The notes under the pieces are model-generated. The model searched no databases and was not told the origin of the DNA. It was given only the letters and a program-made list of their open reading frames with translations. A program made the position numbers and the translations under genes. From positions 1 to 64,000 of the forward strand of contig JANQNK010000006.1 of NCBI GenBank assembly GCA_028279595.1: a DNA stretch of 64,000 nt, written 5' to 3'. Shown one piece after another: positions 19,036 to 28,136 of the stretch (the stretch's first letter is position 1; each line of letters starts with the position of its first letter). The DNA comes from Thermoplasmatota archaeon. Its GTDB lineage: Archaea > Thermoplasmatota > JAKEGO01.

Positions 19036-19398
19036 CTAGGCGACCTCCCGGTCGATCGTGTGTCCGAAGAACGGACCCTCTCCCGCAAAGTTGATCGCAT
19101 GCCGAATCGGGGAAAACTTCGAAATGATTTCAAAATAAAAGACCGAGGCTTCGGTCAGGTCGACCCATGAAACCATTCCCCCTTTCCGGACCATTCAACC
19201 ACCTTGCGGGCGACAAAACATTATGGATTTTCCCTTTTATTAATGTATCGATTAATACTGTATTAGGAGAAAATTCTTTTTCTAGGAAAATTTTTCCATA
19301 TTTACAGATGTTTTTTCATAGCCAGTACTTTTTTTTTCTGCCGTTTTTCTCCACTGATGAACGTATTTATTATCTAAAATATCGAATTTATCAAATCA

Positions 19399-19538
19399 TT
19401 TTTTCTGTCTTTTTTTTCTTTTTTTTTTATTATTTTTTCCCATTTTTTCTACTTTTCCCTCTCATTTTTCCATCCTTTTTTTCCGAATTTTTTCACATTT
19501 TTTTCTTTTTTTTTTGTAGTTTTTTTCCTCCTTTTTTT
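19399..19538. repeat. Array of 13 T-runs with about 11-bp phasing inside an AT-rich intergenic region
   Basis: T4-T10 runs ending at 19404, 19417, 19428, 19438, 19448, 19456, 19469, 19482, 19493, 19504, 19515, 19526 and 19538. Confidence 0.8.
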
Positions 19539-19723
19539 CTGGAAATCACTGGATCATTTCCTAACAAATTATCCTGTTTTTCAGGTTACATCATTCGAAC
19601 TACTTACCGTTCCTTGAGGAAAATTCACATGCTCGAAACAGGCTAATATGATCTCAGATCGGTGTCTATCTCAGGCATCGAATTCAATTAGGATTAAATA
19701 CCCATAGCAGGATTCCGCGGCAT

Positions 19724-19797
19724 GGGCCTGTAGCTCAGCCCGGCAGAGCATCTGGCTTTTAACCAGGTGGTCGGGGGTTCAAATCCCTCCAGGCCCG
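19724..19797 (+). tRNA. tRNA-Lys (anticodon UUU), no intron, CCA not encoded
   Basis: Acceptor stem GGGCCTG/CAGGCCC; anticodon arm TCTGG-CTTTTAA-CCAGG; T loop GTTCAAATC; TTAAATA box about 25 nt upstream. Confidence 0.97.
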
Positions 19798-19921
19798 TAG
19801 CGGTTCTAAACGAATTTAATTTAAGGTACGGGCCTATCGGAAACGAACCCCGGATAGAGCGGGGTTGTTCGGAAATCAACTTTCATCGTAATCCTTAAAC
19901 CCCCCGTCACTATGCATCCCC

Positions 19922-21172
19922 ATGAGCGGGTCGATGATCGAACAGATATTGCAGAATCATTCAACCGATGATGTATCCCCGGGAGAGACGATATGGCTCG
20001 ATATCGACGTCAGGTCGGCGCGTGATTTCGGCGGAGCGAACGTCGTCAAGAACCTGATGAAATGGTATCCCGACGACCCCGTGCTCGATCCCGCGAAGAC
20101 CTTCTTCACATTCGACTGCGTCGTTCCCGCGAACAACATCCCCTATGCTAACAATCAGCAGATCTGCCGCGATTTCGCAAGACAGCACGGCGTCGAGGTC
20201 TACGACGTGGACAGCGGTATCGGCAGTCACGTGATGATCGAGAACGGGATCGCCGTACCCGGGGCGACGATAGTCGGGACCGACAGTCATCTCAACCTTC
20301 TCGGCGCTATCGGTGCGTTCGGTCAGGGGATGGGCGATCAGGACATCGCCTTCGCCTTCAAGACGGGACGGACTTGGTTCGAGGTCCCTAGGACCATGCG
20401 GATCGACGTCTCGGGAAGGCCCGCGAAGGGATCGACGGCGAGGGACCTCACCCTCGCGATCGTGGGCGAACTCGGTTCCCGGGGTTGCCTCGGCAAGGCC
20501 GCCGATTTCGACGGGCGCGCGGTGAAGGGACTCACGATCGACGGACGCATCACGCTATCGAGCATGGCGACCGAGATGGGTGCCGTGGCAGGATTGATAC
20601 CGCCCGACAGGAGCGTCATCGAGTACTGCAAGACCAGGGCGGCAGGACCGTTCAAAGCTGTCAATCCGAAGGACGGTGCGACCTACGATGAGGAGCGGAA
20701 CGTCGATGTCTCGGACCTCGGTCCGATGATAGCCCGCCCCGGACGGCCGGACGATGTGGTTCCCGTGAGCGAAGTGGGGGACGTCCCCATCGATTCGGCC
20801 TTCATCGGTTCCTGTACGAACGGCAGGTACGATGATATCACGAGGATCGCGGAACTCGTGGACGGAAAGCACATCCACAGGGACGTTTTCGCGATGGTCG
20901 TTCCCGCGACGAACGACGTCTACGGCCGCCTTCTCATGAGGGGGGACATCCAGACACTTCACCAGGCCGGATTCATCGTCATGAACCCCGGCTGCGGCGG
21001 CTGTGCCTCCGGACAGGCCGGAATGACCGGCGAAGGACAGGTCCAGGTCAGCACATCGAACAGGAACTTCAAGGGTAAGCAGGGTGCTGGCGACACGTAC
21101 CTTGCCTCGCCCGAGACCGTTGTCGCATCGGCCCTCGCCGGAAGGATAGTGACCCTCGAGGAGGTGGCCTGA
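19922..21172 (+). CDS. Aconitase-family (LeuC/HacA-like) large subunit, copy 1
   Basis: GTDSH, IGSCTNGR, PGCGGC, STSNRNFKGKQG, YLASP. Confidence 0.9.
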   Translation: MSGSMIEQILQNHSTDDVSPGETIWLDIDVRSARDFGGANVVKNLMKWYPDDPVLDPAKTFFTFDCVVPANNIPYANNQQICRDFARQHGVEVYDVDSGIGSHVMIENGIAVPGATIVGTDSHLNLLGAIGAFGQGMGDQDIAFAFKTGRTWFEVPRTMRIDVSGRPAKGSTARDLTLAIVGELGSRGCLGKAADFDGRAVKGLTIDGRITLSSMATEMGAVAGLIPPDRSVIEYCKTRAAGPFKAVNPKDGATYDEERNVDVSDLGPMIARPGRPDDVVPVSEVGDVPIDSAFIGSCTNGRYDDITRIAELVDGKHIHRDVFAMVVPATNDVYGRLLMRGDIQTLHQAGFIVMNPGCGGCASGQAGMTGEGQVQVSTSNRNFKGKQGAGDTYLASPETVVASALAGRIVTLEEVA

Positions 21173-21699
21173 TGTCGCACACCTATGAAGGCAGGGTCTG
21201 GGTCATAACGGACAAGAACGGCAGGCTCATCGATGACGTCGATACGGACCAGATATTCCATAACAGTCATCTAGCCATCACGGAGATATCGGAGATGGGA
21301 CAGCATGCCCTGGGCAACCTCGATGGTTGGAAGACCTTCGCCGGGGAGGCTGCGTCCGGTGACATCCTGATATTCGGCGAGAACTTCGGCTCCGGTTCGA
21401 GTCGGCAGCAGGCCGTCGACTGCTTCGCCGCCCTGGGAGTCTCATGCATCGTCGCCAAGTCGTTCGGTGCGATCTACAAGAGGAATGCGATCAACTCAGG
21501 CCTACCGATTCTCGAGCTGCTCGATGTCGATATGGGCGAAGTATCCACCGGAGACAGGATCGTGGTGAACATCGATGCCTGCATCATTACCAAGGACGCG
21601 GCCCCGATCGGAGCCGTGAGGCCGATGTCGAAGGTCCAGAGGGAGATTATGGACGCTGGAAACATATTCCTCTATGCGAAACACATCGGGGGAGATTGA
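21172..21699 (+). CDS. Aconitase-family (LeuD/HacB-like) small subunit, copy 1
   Basis: DTDQI, NFGSGSSRQQA, AKSFGAIYKRNAINSG. Confidence 0.9.
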   Translation: MSHTYEGRVWVITDKNGRLIDDVDTDQIFHNSHLAITEISEMGQHALGNLDGWKTFAGEAASGDILIFGENFGSGSSRQQAVDCFAALGVSCIVAKSFGAIYKRNAINSGLPILELLDVDMGEVSTGDRIVVNIDACIITKDAAPIGAVRPMSKVQREIMDAGNIFLYAKHIGGD

Positions 21700-22212
21700 A
21701 TGAACGGAACCGAGATAATGAGAGAACTGCCCGAGATCGCCAAGATCGAGGACGAGGACCTTAGGGAGAAGACGCTGTTGACCTACCAGGCTGCGACAAC
21801 CAGGGGCGGTTGGTCGTCTCTGCACGATATACCTTTCACGCTCCTAATACCAGACCTCGACCGGGACTACGTCGACCACGTCAGGAGGGTGACGTCATCG
21901 GCCAGGGCCGTAGCCGCGACCCGTGACGACCTCGACATGGACACGGTGACTGCCGGGGCGCTCCTGCACGACGTCGGAAAGCTCCTCGAGTACGAGCCCA
22001 CCGACCCTGTCGTTAAGTCATCGTTCGGGCATCTCGTCAGGCACCCAGTGTCCGGAGCGGCCCTCGCGATGGAGTTCGACCTTCCCGATGAGATCGTCCA
22101 CCTGATAGCCGCCCATTCGAAGGAGGGCGAGGCGGTCTCGAGGACGGCAGAGGCCATACTGATCCATCACTGTGATTTCATCGATTTCGAGATCGAGAAG
22201 ACTAAACACTGA
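21700..22212 (+). CDS. HD-domain (HDIG) protein
   Basis: DHV, LLHDVGK, RHP.SG, AHS and HHCD motifs. Confidence 0.85.
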   Translation: MNGTEIMRELPEIAKIEDEDLREKTLLTYQAATTRGGWSSLHDIPFTLLIPDLDRDYVDHVRRVTSSARAVAATRDDLDMDTVTAGALLHDVGKLLEYEPTDPVVKSSFGHLVRHPVSGAALAMEFDLPDEIVHLIAAHSKEGEAVSRTAEAILIHHCDFIDFEIEKTKH

Positions 22213-22220
22213 CGGCGTTC

Positions 22221-23765
22221 CTACTTGACCCTGTAGATAGTGTCAAGCATGGTGCCGTCGCGGTATTCGACGTAGGCTATCGGTTCATCCGTAAGCTCGG
22301 GTTCGTCGATACCACCGCCCATCTCAATGGCCATCTTCCTGAGATCGCCGATGTCCAGGATCGGCAGGTCGGATCCCTTGAGGGCGTCCACGAGGTCGTC
22401 GCGGACCGGATTTATCGCGATGCCTCGTTCCGTAGCGACGATGTCGACCGAATCACCCGGAGTGGACACGGTCACGACGTCGTCGACGATGACCGGGATC
22501 CTCCCCCTGAGGAGCGGGATCACGATGAGTGACACCCGCGAACCGGCTGCAGCGTCCGAATGGCCGCCGATGCCGTGGAGCAGCAGTCCGTCCGAGTGCG
22601 TGTTGACATTGACATTGAAGTCCAGATCGACCTCAGTTGCTCCGAGGAAGCACGCATCCTGCTGGTGCGTAACACATCCCTTGTTGTGAGGGTTCCCGAA
22701 CATGTAATGGGAGACCTCGACATGAGCAGGATCCTCCGAAACGGACCTGACCGCCGCGAGGTCGAACGCCTGCGCATCCAGGATGGCCTCGAGGGTGCCC
22801 TCCCTGAGCATGTCGACCACCACGCCGGTGATCCCCCCCATCGCGAAGCTGCCCACGATGCCCTTGGCCTTCATGTACTGATGTAGGTACCCGACCGCAG
22901 CGAGGGAGATGCCTCCGGCACCCGCCTGGAACGAGAAGCCGTCCTTTAGGTATCCGGAGTCCGCGAGGGCCGCCACGGCATATCGTGCGATGAGGAGCCT
23001 CGAGGGGCTCCTGGTCATCCTCGTAGTTCCCGACATGATGCCCTCGGGATCCCCGATCTGTGGCACCACGGCAACGACGTCGACGTGGGTCGATGGGATG
23101 CTCATGTGCGTGACCGGATAAGGGACGAGGTTGTCGGTGACGACGACAACCCTGTCGGCGTACTGTGCATCTATCCATGCGAACCCCATGGGTCCGAAGG
23201 CCGACGGACCGTTGACTCCGTTCGCATTGCCTAGCGGGTCGCATTCCGATGCTGCCAGGAAGGCAACGTCGATGTGAGCCTCCCCGGACTCTACCGCTCT
23301 TGTCCTTCCTCCGTGTGATCTTATGAACGTGGGTTCCGGGAACAGGCCGCTCGATGCGGCGCGCCCGAGGGGTCCGTTGAGGCTCCCGTCGATGAGGTCG
23401 ATGACCCCTTTCTCGGCCATCGCGATCATGGGTTCGTGACATGGGAATATCGCCGAGGGAAGGAGCCGCATCCCCTTCAGACCGGCCTTCTCTATCTCCT
23501 CCATGACCATGTTCATGACCCAATCCCCGTTCCTGAGGTGATGGTGGAACGAGACGGTCATGTTGTCAGCGAGGTCGACCCGCTTGATCGCCTCTGCGAT
23601 GGAATCGACCACCTTGTCGTCCGACGGTCTGTGGCTCCCCAACGGCGGGGTCGCCTTGTTCCCGGCAGGGCCTGTCGCGAAGACACCTGCATAGGGGGAC
23701 ACCGACCGTCCCCTTACCTCGGTGGGGACCGTCCTTCCGATGCTGTTCTCGGTGGTCCCGGTCAT
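22221..23765 (-). CDS. citF: Citrate lyase alpha chain-like CoA-transferase
   Basis: SFHHHLRNGD, RSHGGR, FSFQAGAGG, LGATEVD, GGHSDAA, TPG..VD. The ATG at 23765 overlaps the citE stop (ATGA). Confidence 0.9.
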   Translation of the reverse strand: MTGTTENSIGRTVPTEVRGRSVSPYAGVFATGPAGNKATPPLGSHRPSDDKVVDSIAEAIKRVDLADNMTVSFHHHLRNGDWVMNMVMEEIEKAGLKGMRLLPSAIFPCHEPMIAMAEKGVIDLIDGSLNGPLGRAASSGLFPEPTFIRSHGGRTRAVESGEAHIDVAFLAASECDPLGNANGVNGPSAFGPMGFAWIDAQYADRVVVVTDNLVPYPVTHMSIPSTHVDVVAVVPQIGDPEGIMSGTTRMTRSPSRLLIARYAVAALADSGYLKDGFSFQAGAGGISLAAVGYLHQYMKAKGIVGSFAMGGITGVVVDMLREGTLEAILDAQAFDLAAVRSVSEDPAHVEVSHYMFGNPHNKGCVTHQQDACFLGATEVDLDFNVNVNTHSDGLLLHGIGGHSDAAAGSRVSLIVIPLLRGRIPVIVDDVVTVSTPGDSVDIVATERGIAINPVRDDLVDALKGSDLPILDIGDLRKMAIEMGGGIDEPELTDEPIAYVEYRDGTMLDTIYRVK

Positions 23766-24670
23766 TCCTCTCCCTCCCCCGTGTCGTCTGCCTCCACCTT
23801 TCGGAGGTCCAGTACCGATCCCGGAGCGGATGCTGCCTCTATCGTCCGCTGCGCCCTCTTGACGACCGGAGGATCGACCATCGCTCCGTCGACCTTCACG
23901 GCGCCGATCCCCTTTGCCTCGGCTGCTTCGGCAGCCTCGACGATCAGCCTGGCCCTTTCGACCTCGCGTTCGTCCGGTGCGAACGCATTGTGAATGGTCT
24001 CGACCTGGTTGGGATGGATGGCTCCACGGCCCGAGAATCCCAGGCTCTTCGAGTAGCGGCAGGCCTCGATCAGTCCATCCGCGTCGTCCACCCTCGAGAA
24101 GACGGAATCCAGCGGTTCGATCCCCGCGGCCCTCGCCGCGGCGACTATCGTCGACTTGGCGAAGAGGAGGGCTGTCTCGTCGGGACCGATCATCCCGAGG
24201 TCGGACGACAGGTCCTCGACCCCGAGCGTTATAGCGACGATCCTGTCCTCGGAGAGGGCTATCTCCCCGGCCTTGGAGAGGCCGAGGGCCGACTCGATTA
24301 TCGGTATTATCTTGAAATGTCCGTTGTCGATCCCCATCTCCCCTTCCATGCGATCGAAGACCGTGTCGATGAACCGTATCTGGTCCACGGATTCGCATTT
24401 CGGAAATAGAATTCCCGCGCAAGCCGGCGTAAGGACACGCATGTCCAACTCGGCGGTCTCCCTGTCCGAGTTCACCCTGATGAAGACGGCCGACCTGCCG
24501 AAATCCATCGACCTGATGGATTCGGAAACGAGGTCCCTTGCCTCGTCCTTCCGGTCGGCCGGGACCGAGTCCTCGAGGTCGAGGACTACGATGTCCGCTC
24601 CGTAGACGCCGCCGGCAGCGAGCATCTTCGGCTGTATCCCGGGGACGTACAGTCTGGAACGCATCAGCAT
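23762..24670 (-). CDS. citE: Citrate lyase beta chain-like (CitE/HpcH) acyl-CoA lyase
   Basis: RSRLYVPG, DLEDSV, IRVN, PKCE, IIESALG, GVEDL, AIHPNQ, MVDPPV. Confidence 0.9.
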   Translation of the reverse strand: MLMRSRLYVPGIQPKMLAAGGVYGADIVVLDLEDSVPADRKDEARDLVSESIRSMDFGRSAVFIRVNSDRETAELDMRVLTPACAGILFPKCESVDQIRFIDTVFDRMEGEMGIDNGHFKIIPIIESALGLSKAGEIALSEDRIVAITLGVEDLSSDLGMIGPDETALLFAKSTIVAAARAAGIEPLDSVFSRVDDADGLIEACRYSKSLGFSGRGAIHPNQVETIHNAFAPDEREVERARLIVEAAEAAEAKGIGAVKVDGAMVDPPVVKRAQRTIEAASAPGSVLDLRKVEADDTGEGEE

Positions 24671-24927
24671 TCGATACCACCCCTTCTCAGAGCAGTTCGG
24701 GTCCTCGCCCTGATGATCGGGTCCAGAGCACCCCTGTCAACGACCCGGACCGAACCGGATCCCACGGCATGTTCCTCGATGATCCCCCTGACGGCCGCCT
24801 CTACCCGCGATCTCGCGAGGGGCGCGCACTCGATCTCGATGACGATATCATCATCAGGACCTACAATAACGGAGACATCTCCCTTCTCTTCCGAACCCGC
24901 TGACGCATCGTTCTGGATTCCGGGCAT
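24664..24927 (-). CDS. citD: Citrate lyase acyl carrier protein-like (degenerate)
   Basis: 87 aa; AG...GD start and D.GALD.II.AR..A end, directly upstream of citE. Confidence 0.7.
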   Translation of the reverse strand: MPGIQNDASAGSEEKGDVSVIVGPDDDIVIEIECAPLARSRVEAAVRGIIEEHAVGSGSVRVVDRGALDPIIRARTRTALRRGGIEC

Positions 24928-25023
24928 CAGACCACCGTCAGACAATCGCCCGAGGCATATAAATATACTGTATTGGCCGGGGATCGAACCCGATGTCGGT
25001 ACTTCCCGGCACCTCCAACGATG

Positions 25024-25065
25024 GACGCGCTCGATGACGGGCCTATCCGTCATCAACGCGTCTCG
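25024..25065. repeat. Intergenic palindromic repeat, copy A
   Basis: CGCGCTCGATGAC-N10-GTCATCAACGCGTCTCG, arms identical to 46207-46246. Confidence 0.7.
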
Positions 25066-25162
25066 CCTATGTCGGGGCCGTCCGTCATGGGTCCGATATC
25101 GACGGTCGTCGAGGAAATGATTTTATAGCCCTGTGCAGGTTCCCCATCGTTCAGGTGATCAA

Positions 25163-26419
25163 ATGGGACGCACGATCGCTGAGAAGATACTTTCAAGGGC
25201 CAGTGAGAGGGACGCGACAGTGGGAGATATCGTCATGGCCAAGGTGGATCGGGCAATGTCGCATGACAACGCCGGTCTGGTCTCGAAGACCTTCGGCAGG
25301 ATCGGTGTGCCGCATGTGTGGGACCCGGAGAGGATCGTTATCCCGATCGATCACCGCGCACCGGCGAACTCGATCAAGACGGCCGAGGGCCACAAGCTGA
25401 TCAGGACCTTCGTTAAGGAGCAGAACATCACGAACTTCTACGACATCAAGGAGGGCATCTGCCACCAGATCATGCCCGAGAAGGGACACGTGGCACCCGG
25501 TGAGCTCATCGTCGGAACGGACTCGCACACCACGACCTACGGCGCCTTCGGGGCGTTCTCGACAGGTATCGGAGCCACCGAGATGGCATGCGTCTGGGCG
25601 ACGGGCGAGCTCTGGCTCCGCGTTCCCAGCACATACAAGATAACGGTCAAGGGCGAGTTCCCGGCCGGCGTCTTCGCGAAGGACCTCATACTATACATCA
25701 TCGGAGACCTCCGGGCAGACGGAGCGGACTACAGGGCGGTCGAATACCATGGACCGACGATGGAGAGGATGTCGGTCTCGGAGCGAATGACCCTATGCAA
25801 CATGTCGATGGAGATGGGCGCGAAGGCGGCCATCGTCCCTCCGGACCCGAAGGTCGAGGAGCTCCTAGAGGGCAAGATGGAACGGCTCTACACCCCAGTC
25901 CATCCAGACGAGGACGCGGAATATGAAAGGACCCTCGAGTACGACGTGTCGGACCTTGAACCGCAGATAGCCTGCCCGCACGCCGTGGACAACGTCAGGG
26001 CGGTCGGTCAGGTCTCGGGGACACGGATCGATCAGGCTGTCGTCGGGTCCTGCACGAACGGGAGGCTTGACGACCTCAGAATAACAGCCGACATCCTATG
26101 GGGCCAGAAGGTCCACAGGGATACGAGGCTCATCGTCATCCCGGCATCCCGCGAGGTCTATCTCGAGGCCATGAACGAGGGCCTGATCCAGACGATCATG
26201 GAGGCCGGCGGTGTGGTCATCAATCCCGGATGCGGTCCGTGCCTGGGCGCGCATCAGGGCATCATGGCGGACGGCGAGCGCTGCATCGCATCCACCAACA
26301 GGAACTTCAAGGGGCGGATGGGATCCCCCGACTCGGAGGTCTATCTCGCTTCACCCGCCACGGTGGCCCACTCAGCCATCGACGGCGTCATTGCCGACCC
26401 GAGGGAGGTGGTCAGATGA
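25163..26419 (+). CDS. Aconitase-family (homoaconitase/IPMI) large subunit, copy 2
   Basis: TIAEKIL, IDH, GICHQ, GTDSHT, GSCTNGR, GCGPCLG, NRNFKGRMG. Confidence 0.92.
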   Translation: MGRTIAEKILSRASERDATVGDIVMAKVDRAMSHDNAGLVSKTFGRIGVPHVWDPERIVIPIDHRAPANSIKTAEGHKLIRTFVKEQNITNFYDIKEGICHQIMPEKGHVAPGELIVGTDSHTTTYGAFGAFSTGIGATEMACVWATGELWLRVPSTYKITVKGEFPAGVFAKDLILYIIGDLRADGADYRAVEYHGPTMERMSVSERMTLCNMSMEMGAKAAIVPPDPKVEELLEGKMERLYTPVHPDEDAEYERTLEYDVSDLEPQIACPHAVDNVRAVGQVSGTRIDQAVVGSCTNGRLDDLRITADILWGQKVHRDTRLIVIPASREVYLEAMNEGLIQTIMEAGGVVINPGCGPCLGAHQGIMADGERCIASTNRNFKGRMGSPDSEVYLASPATVAHSAIDGVIADPREVVR

Positions 26420-26913
26420 GCGGGAAGGTATGGAAGTACGAGGACGACATCAACACGGACGTCATCTTCCCCGGGAGGTACCTGCACCTTCTCGAGCCGT
26501 CGGAGATGGCCGAGCACGCGATGGAGGACCTCGATTCGGAGTTCGCCAAGGGGGTCACCAAGGGTGACGTGGTGGTCGCAGGCCGCAACTTCGGCTGTGG
26601 ATCGAGCAGGGAGCAGGCAGCGACCTGCCTCCTTCATTCAGGCGTCTCGACGGTGGTGGCTCGTTCCTTTGCCAGGATATTCTACCGCAACGCGATCAAC
26701 CTGGGAATGCCAATCATAGTGAGTGACACGATCCCGGACAAGGTCAGCCCCGGCGACGAGGTCGAGATCGATCTCGGAGGAGGCCGGTTCACGAACGTGA
26801 CCACGGGCGAGGTGATCGAGTTCGATCCGCTTCCCGAGTTCGTTCTCGAGATCGTCAACGTCGGAGGACTGATCCCCTATACGAAGAGGAAGCTCGGACT
26901 GGAGGATGATTAA
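26416..26913 (+). CDS. Aconitase-family small subunit, copy 2
   Basis: DDINTDVIFPGRYL, NFGCGSSREQA, SFARIFYRNAINLG; ATGA overlap with the upstream gene. Confidence 0.92.
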   Translation: MSGKVWKYEDDINTDVIFPGRYLHLLEPSEMAEHAMEDLDSEFAKGVTKGDVVVAGRNFGCGSSREQAATCLLHSGVSTVVARSFARIFYRNAINLGMPIIVSDTIPDKVSPGDEVEIDLGGGRFTNVTTGEVIEFDPLPEFVLEIVNVGGLIPYTKRKLGLEDD

Positions 26914-26915
26914 GG

Positions 26916-28061
26916 ATGGCCAAGTACAAGATAGCATGGCTCGAGGGAGACGGCATCGGAAAGGACGTGATGGACGCGGCCTCGAGAGCGATCGACGCTC
27001 TCAGCCTGGACGCTGAGTTCGTCAAGGGAGACGTCGGATGGGAGCTCTGGCGGACGGAGGGCAATCCCCTCCCCGACAGGACGATAGACCTGTTCAACAG
27101 CACGGACTGCTGCCTCTTCGGCGCCATAACGTCGAAGCCCAAGCAGGAGGCCGAGAACGAACTCGTCCCGGAACTCCAGGGCAAGGGGCTTGTCTATTCG
27201 AGCCCCATCGTCGGGGCCCGGCAACGACTGGAACTGCACACGAACATGAGACCCTGCAAGGCCTATCCAGGGAATCCCCTCAATTACAGGGATGACATAG
27301 ACATCGTCGTCTTCAGGGAGAACACCCAGGGGTTGTACGCGGGCGTCGAGTTCCACCCCGTGCCCGACGAGGTCAGGGACGTCCTCGGAAGGAACCATCC
27401 CAGGATGGCTCGTTTCGACGATACGTCAAACGACGACATGGCCATCTCGACGAGGGTATTCACCCGAGATGGGTGCCGGTCGATCGTCCGACAGGGCTTC
27501 GAATACGCGCAGAAGTACGGGAGGAAGAGCGTCACGATCGTGGAGAAGCCCAATGTCATCAGAGAGACATCGGGCATGATGATCCGCGAGGCGAGGAAGA
27601 TATCCGAGGAGTACCCGGATGTCGAGCTCTGGGAGACCAACGTCGACGCCATGTGCATGTGGCTCGTCAAGAACCCCCAGGACTACTCCGTCCTCGTCGC
27701 ATCCAACATGTTCGGCGACATCATCAGCGACCTTTGCGCCCAACTCGTCGGAGGCCTCGGATTCGCGGCCAGCGCGAACATCGGAGAGGATTACGCCCTA
27801 TTCGAGCCTACCCACGGCAGCGCACCCAAGTATGCCGGGAAGTACATCTCCAATCCCATCGCGATGATGATCACGACCCGTCTGATGCTCCAATACCTCG
27901 GCGAGGAGGAGAAGGCGGAGACCCTCGAGAACGCCATCGCAAAGACCATTGCCGATGGAAGGGTCAGGACCTACGACATGGAGAAGCGGTCCGCTGACAT
28001 GGAGGCGGACGCGGGGAAGACCATGGAGGTCGCCGACGAGGTCGTCCGGAACATGGCATGA
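26916..28061 (+). CDS. Beta-decarboxylating dehydrogenase (homoisocitrate/isocitrate/IPM family)
   Basis: GDGIG, LFGA, YSSPIV, FRENT, KPNV, NMFGDIISD, FEPTHGSAPKYAG. Confidence 0.9.
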   Translation: MAKYKIAWLEGDGIGKDVMDAASRAIDALSLDAEFVKGDVGWELWRTEGNPLPDRTIDLFNSTDCCLFGAITSKPKQEAENELVPELQGKGLVYSSPIVGARQRLELHTNMRPCKAYPGNPLNYRDDIDIVVFRENTQGLYAGVEFHPVPDEVRDVLGRNHPRMARFDDTSNDDMAISTRVFTRDGCRSIVRQGFEYAQKYGRKSVTIVEKPNVIRETSGMMIREARKISEEYPDVELWETNVDAMCMWLVKNPQDYSVLVASNMFGDIISDLCAQLVGGLGFAASANIGEDYALFEPTHGSAPKYAGKYISNPIAMMITTRLMLQYLGEEEKAETLENAIAKTIADGRVRTYDMEKRSADMEADAGKTMEVADEVVRNMA

Positions 28062-28136
28062 TAACCCCAGTGCGGGTCCGTCAATGACAAAGGATATATC
28101 ACACGTCGCACATTGACGACCGGGACTGGTGGCAAG

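Noticed and set aside
11970-19170. Long plus-strand ORFs (754, 525, 419 aa and others)
   Set aside because: Antisense shadows of GAG/AAG/CTC-rich coiled-coil genes, giving Ser/Leu-rich nonsense.
19167-19646. 159-aa Phe-rich ORF
   Set aside because: It is a by-product of reading the poly-T tract and has no protein-like composition.
19140-19720. DnaA boxes or ORB elements marking oriC
   Set aside because: No TTATCCACA repeats; GTTCCTTGAGGAAA near 19609 has the wrong spacing for an ORB and is single.
19724-19797. tRNA-Lys as an integration site of an island
   Set aside because: No duplicated tRNA end or integrase seen in the window.
22221-24680. 819-aa ORF suggesting a long CitF fusion
   Set aside because: The first 305 codons are an alternative frame over citE; real CitF starts at 23765 with an ATGA overlap.
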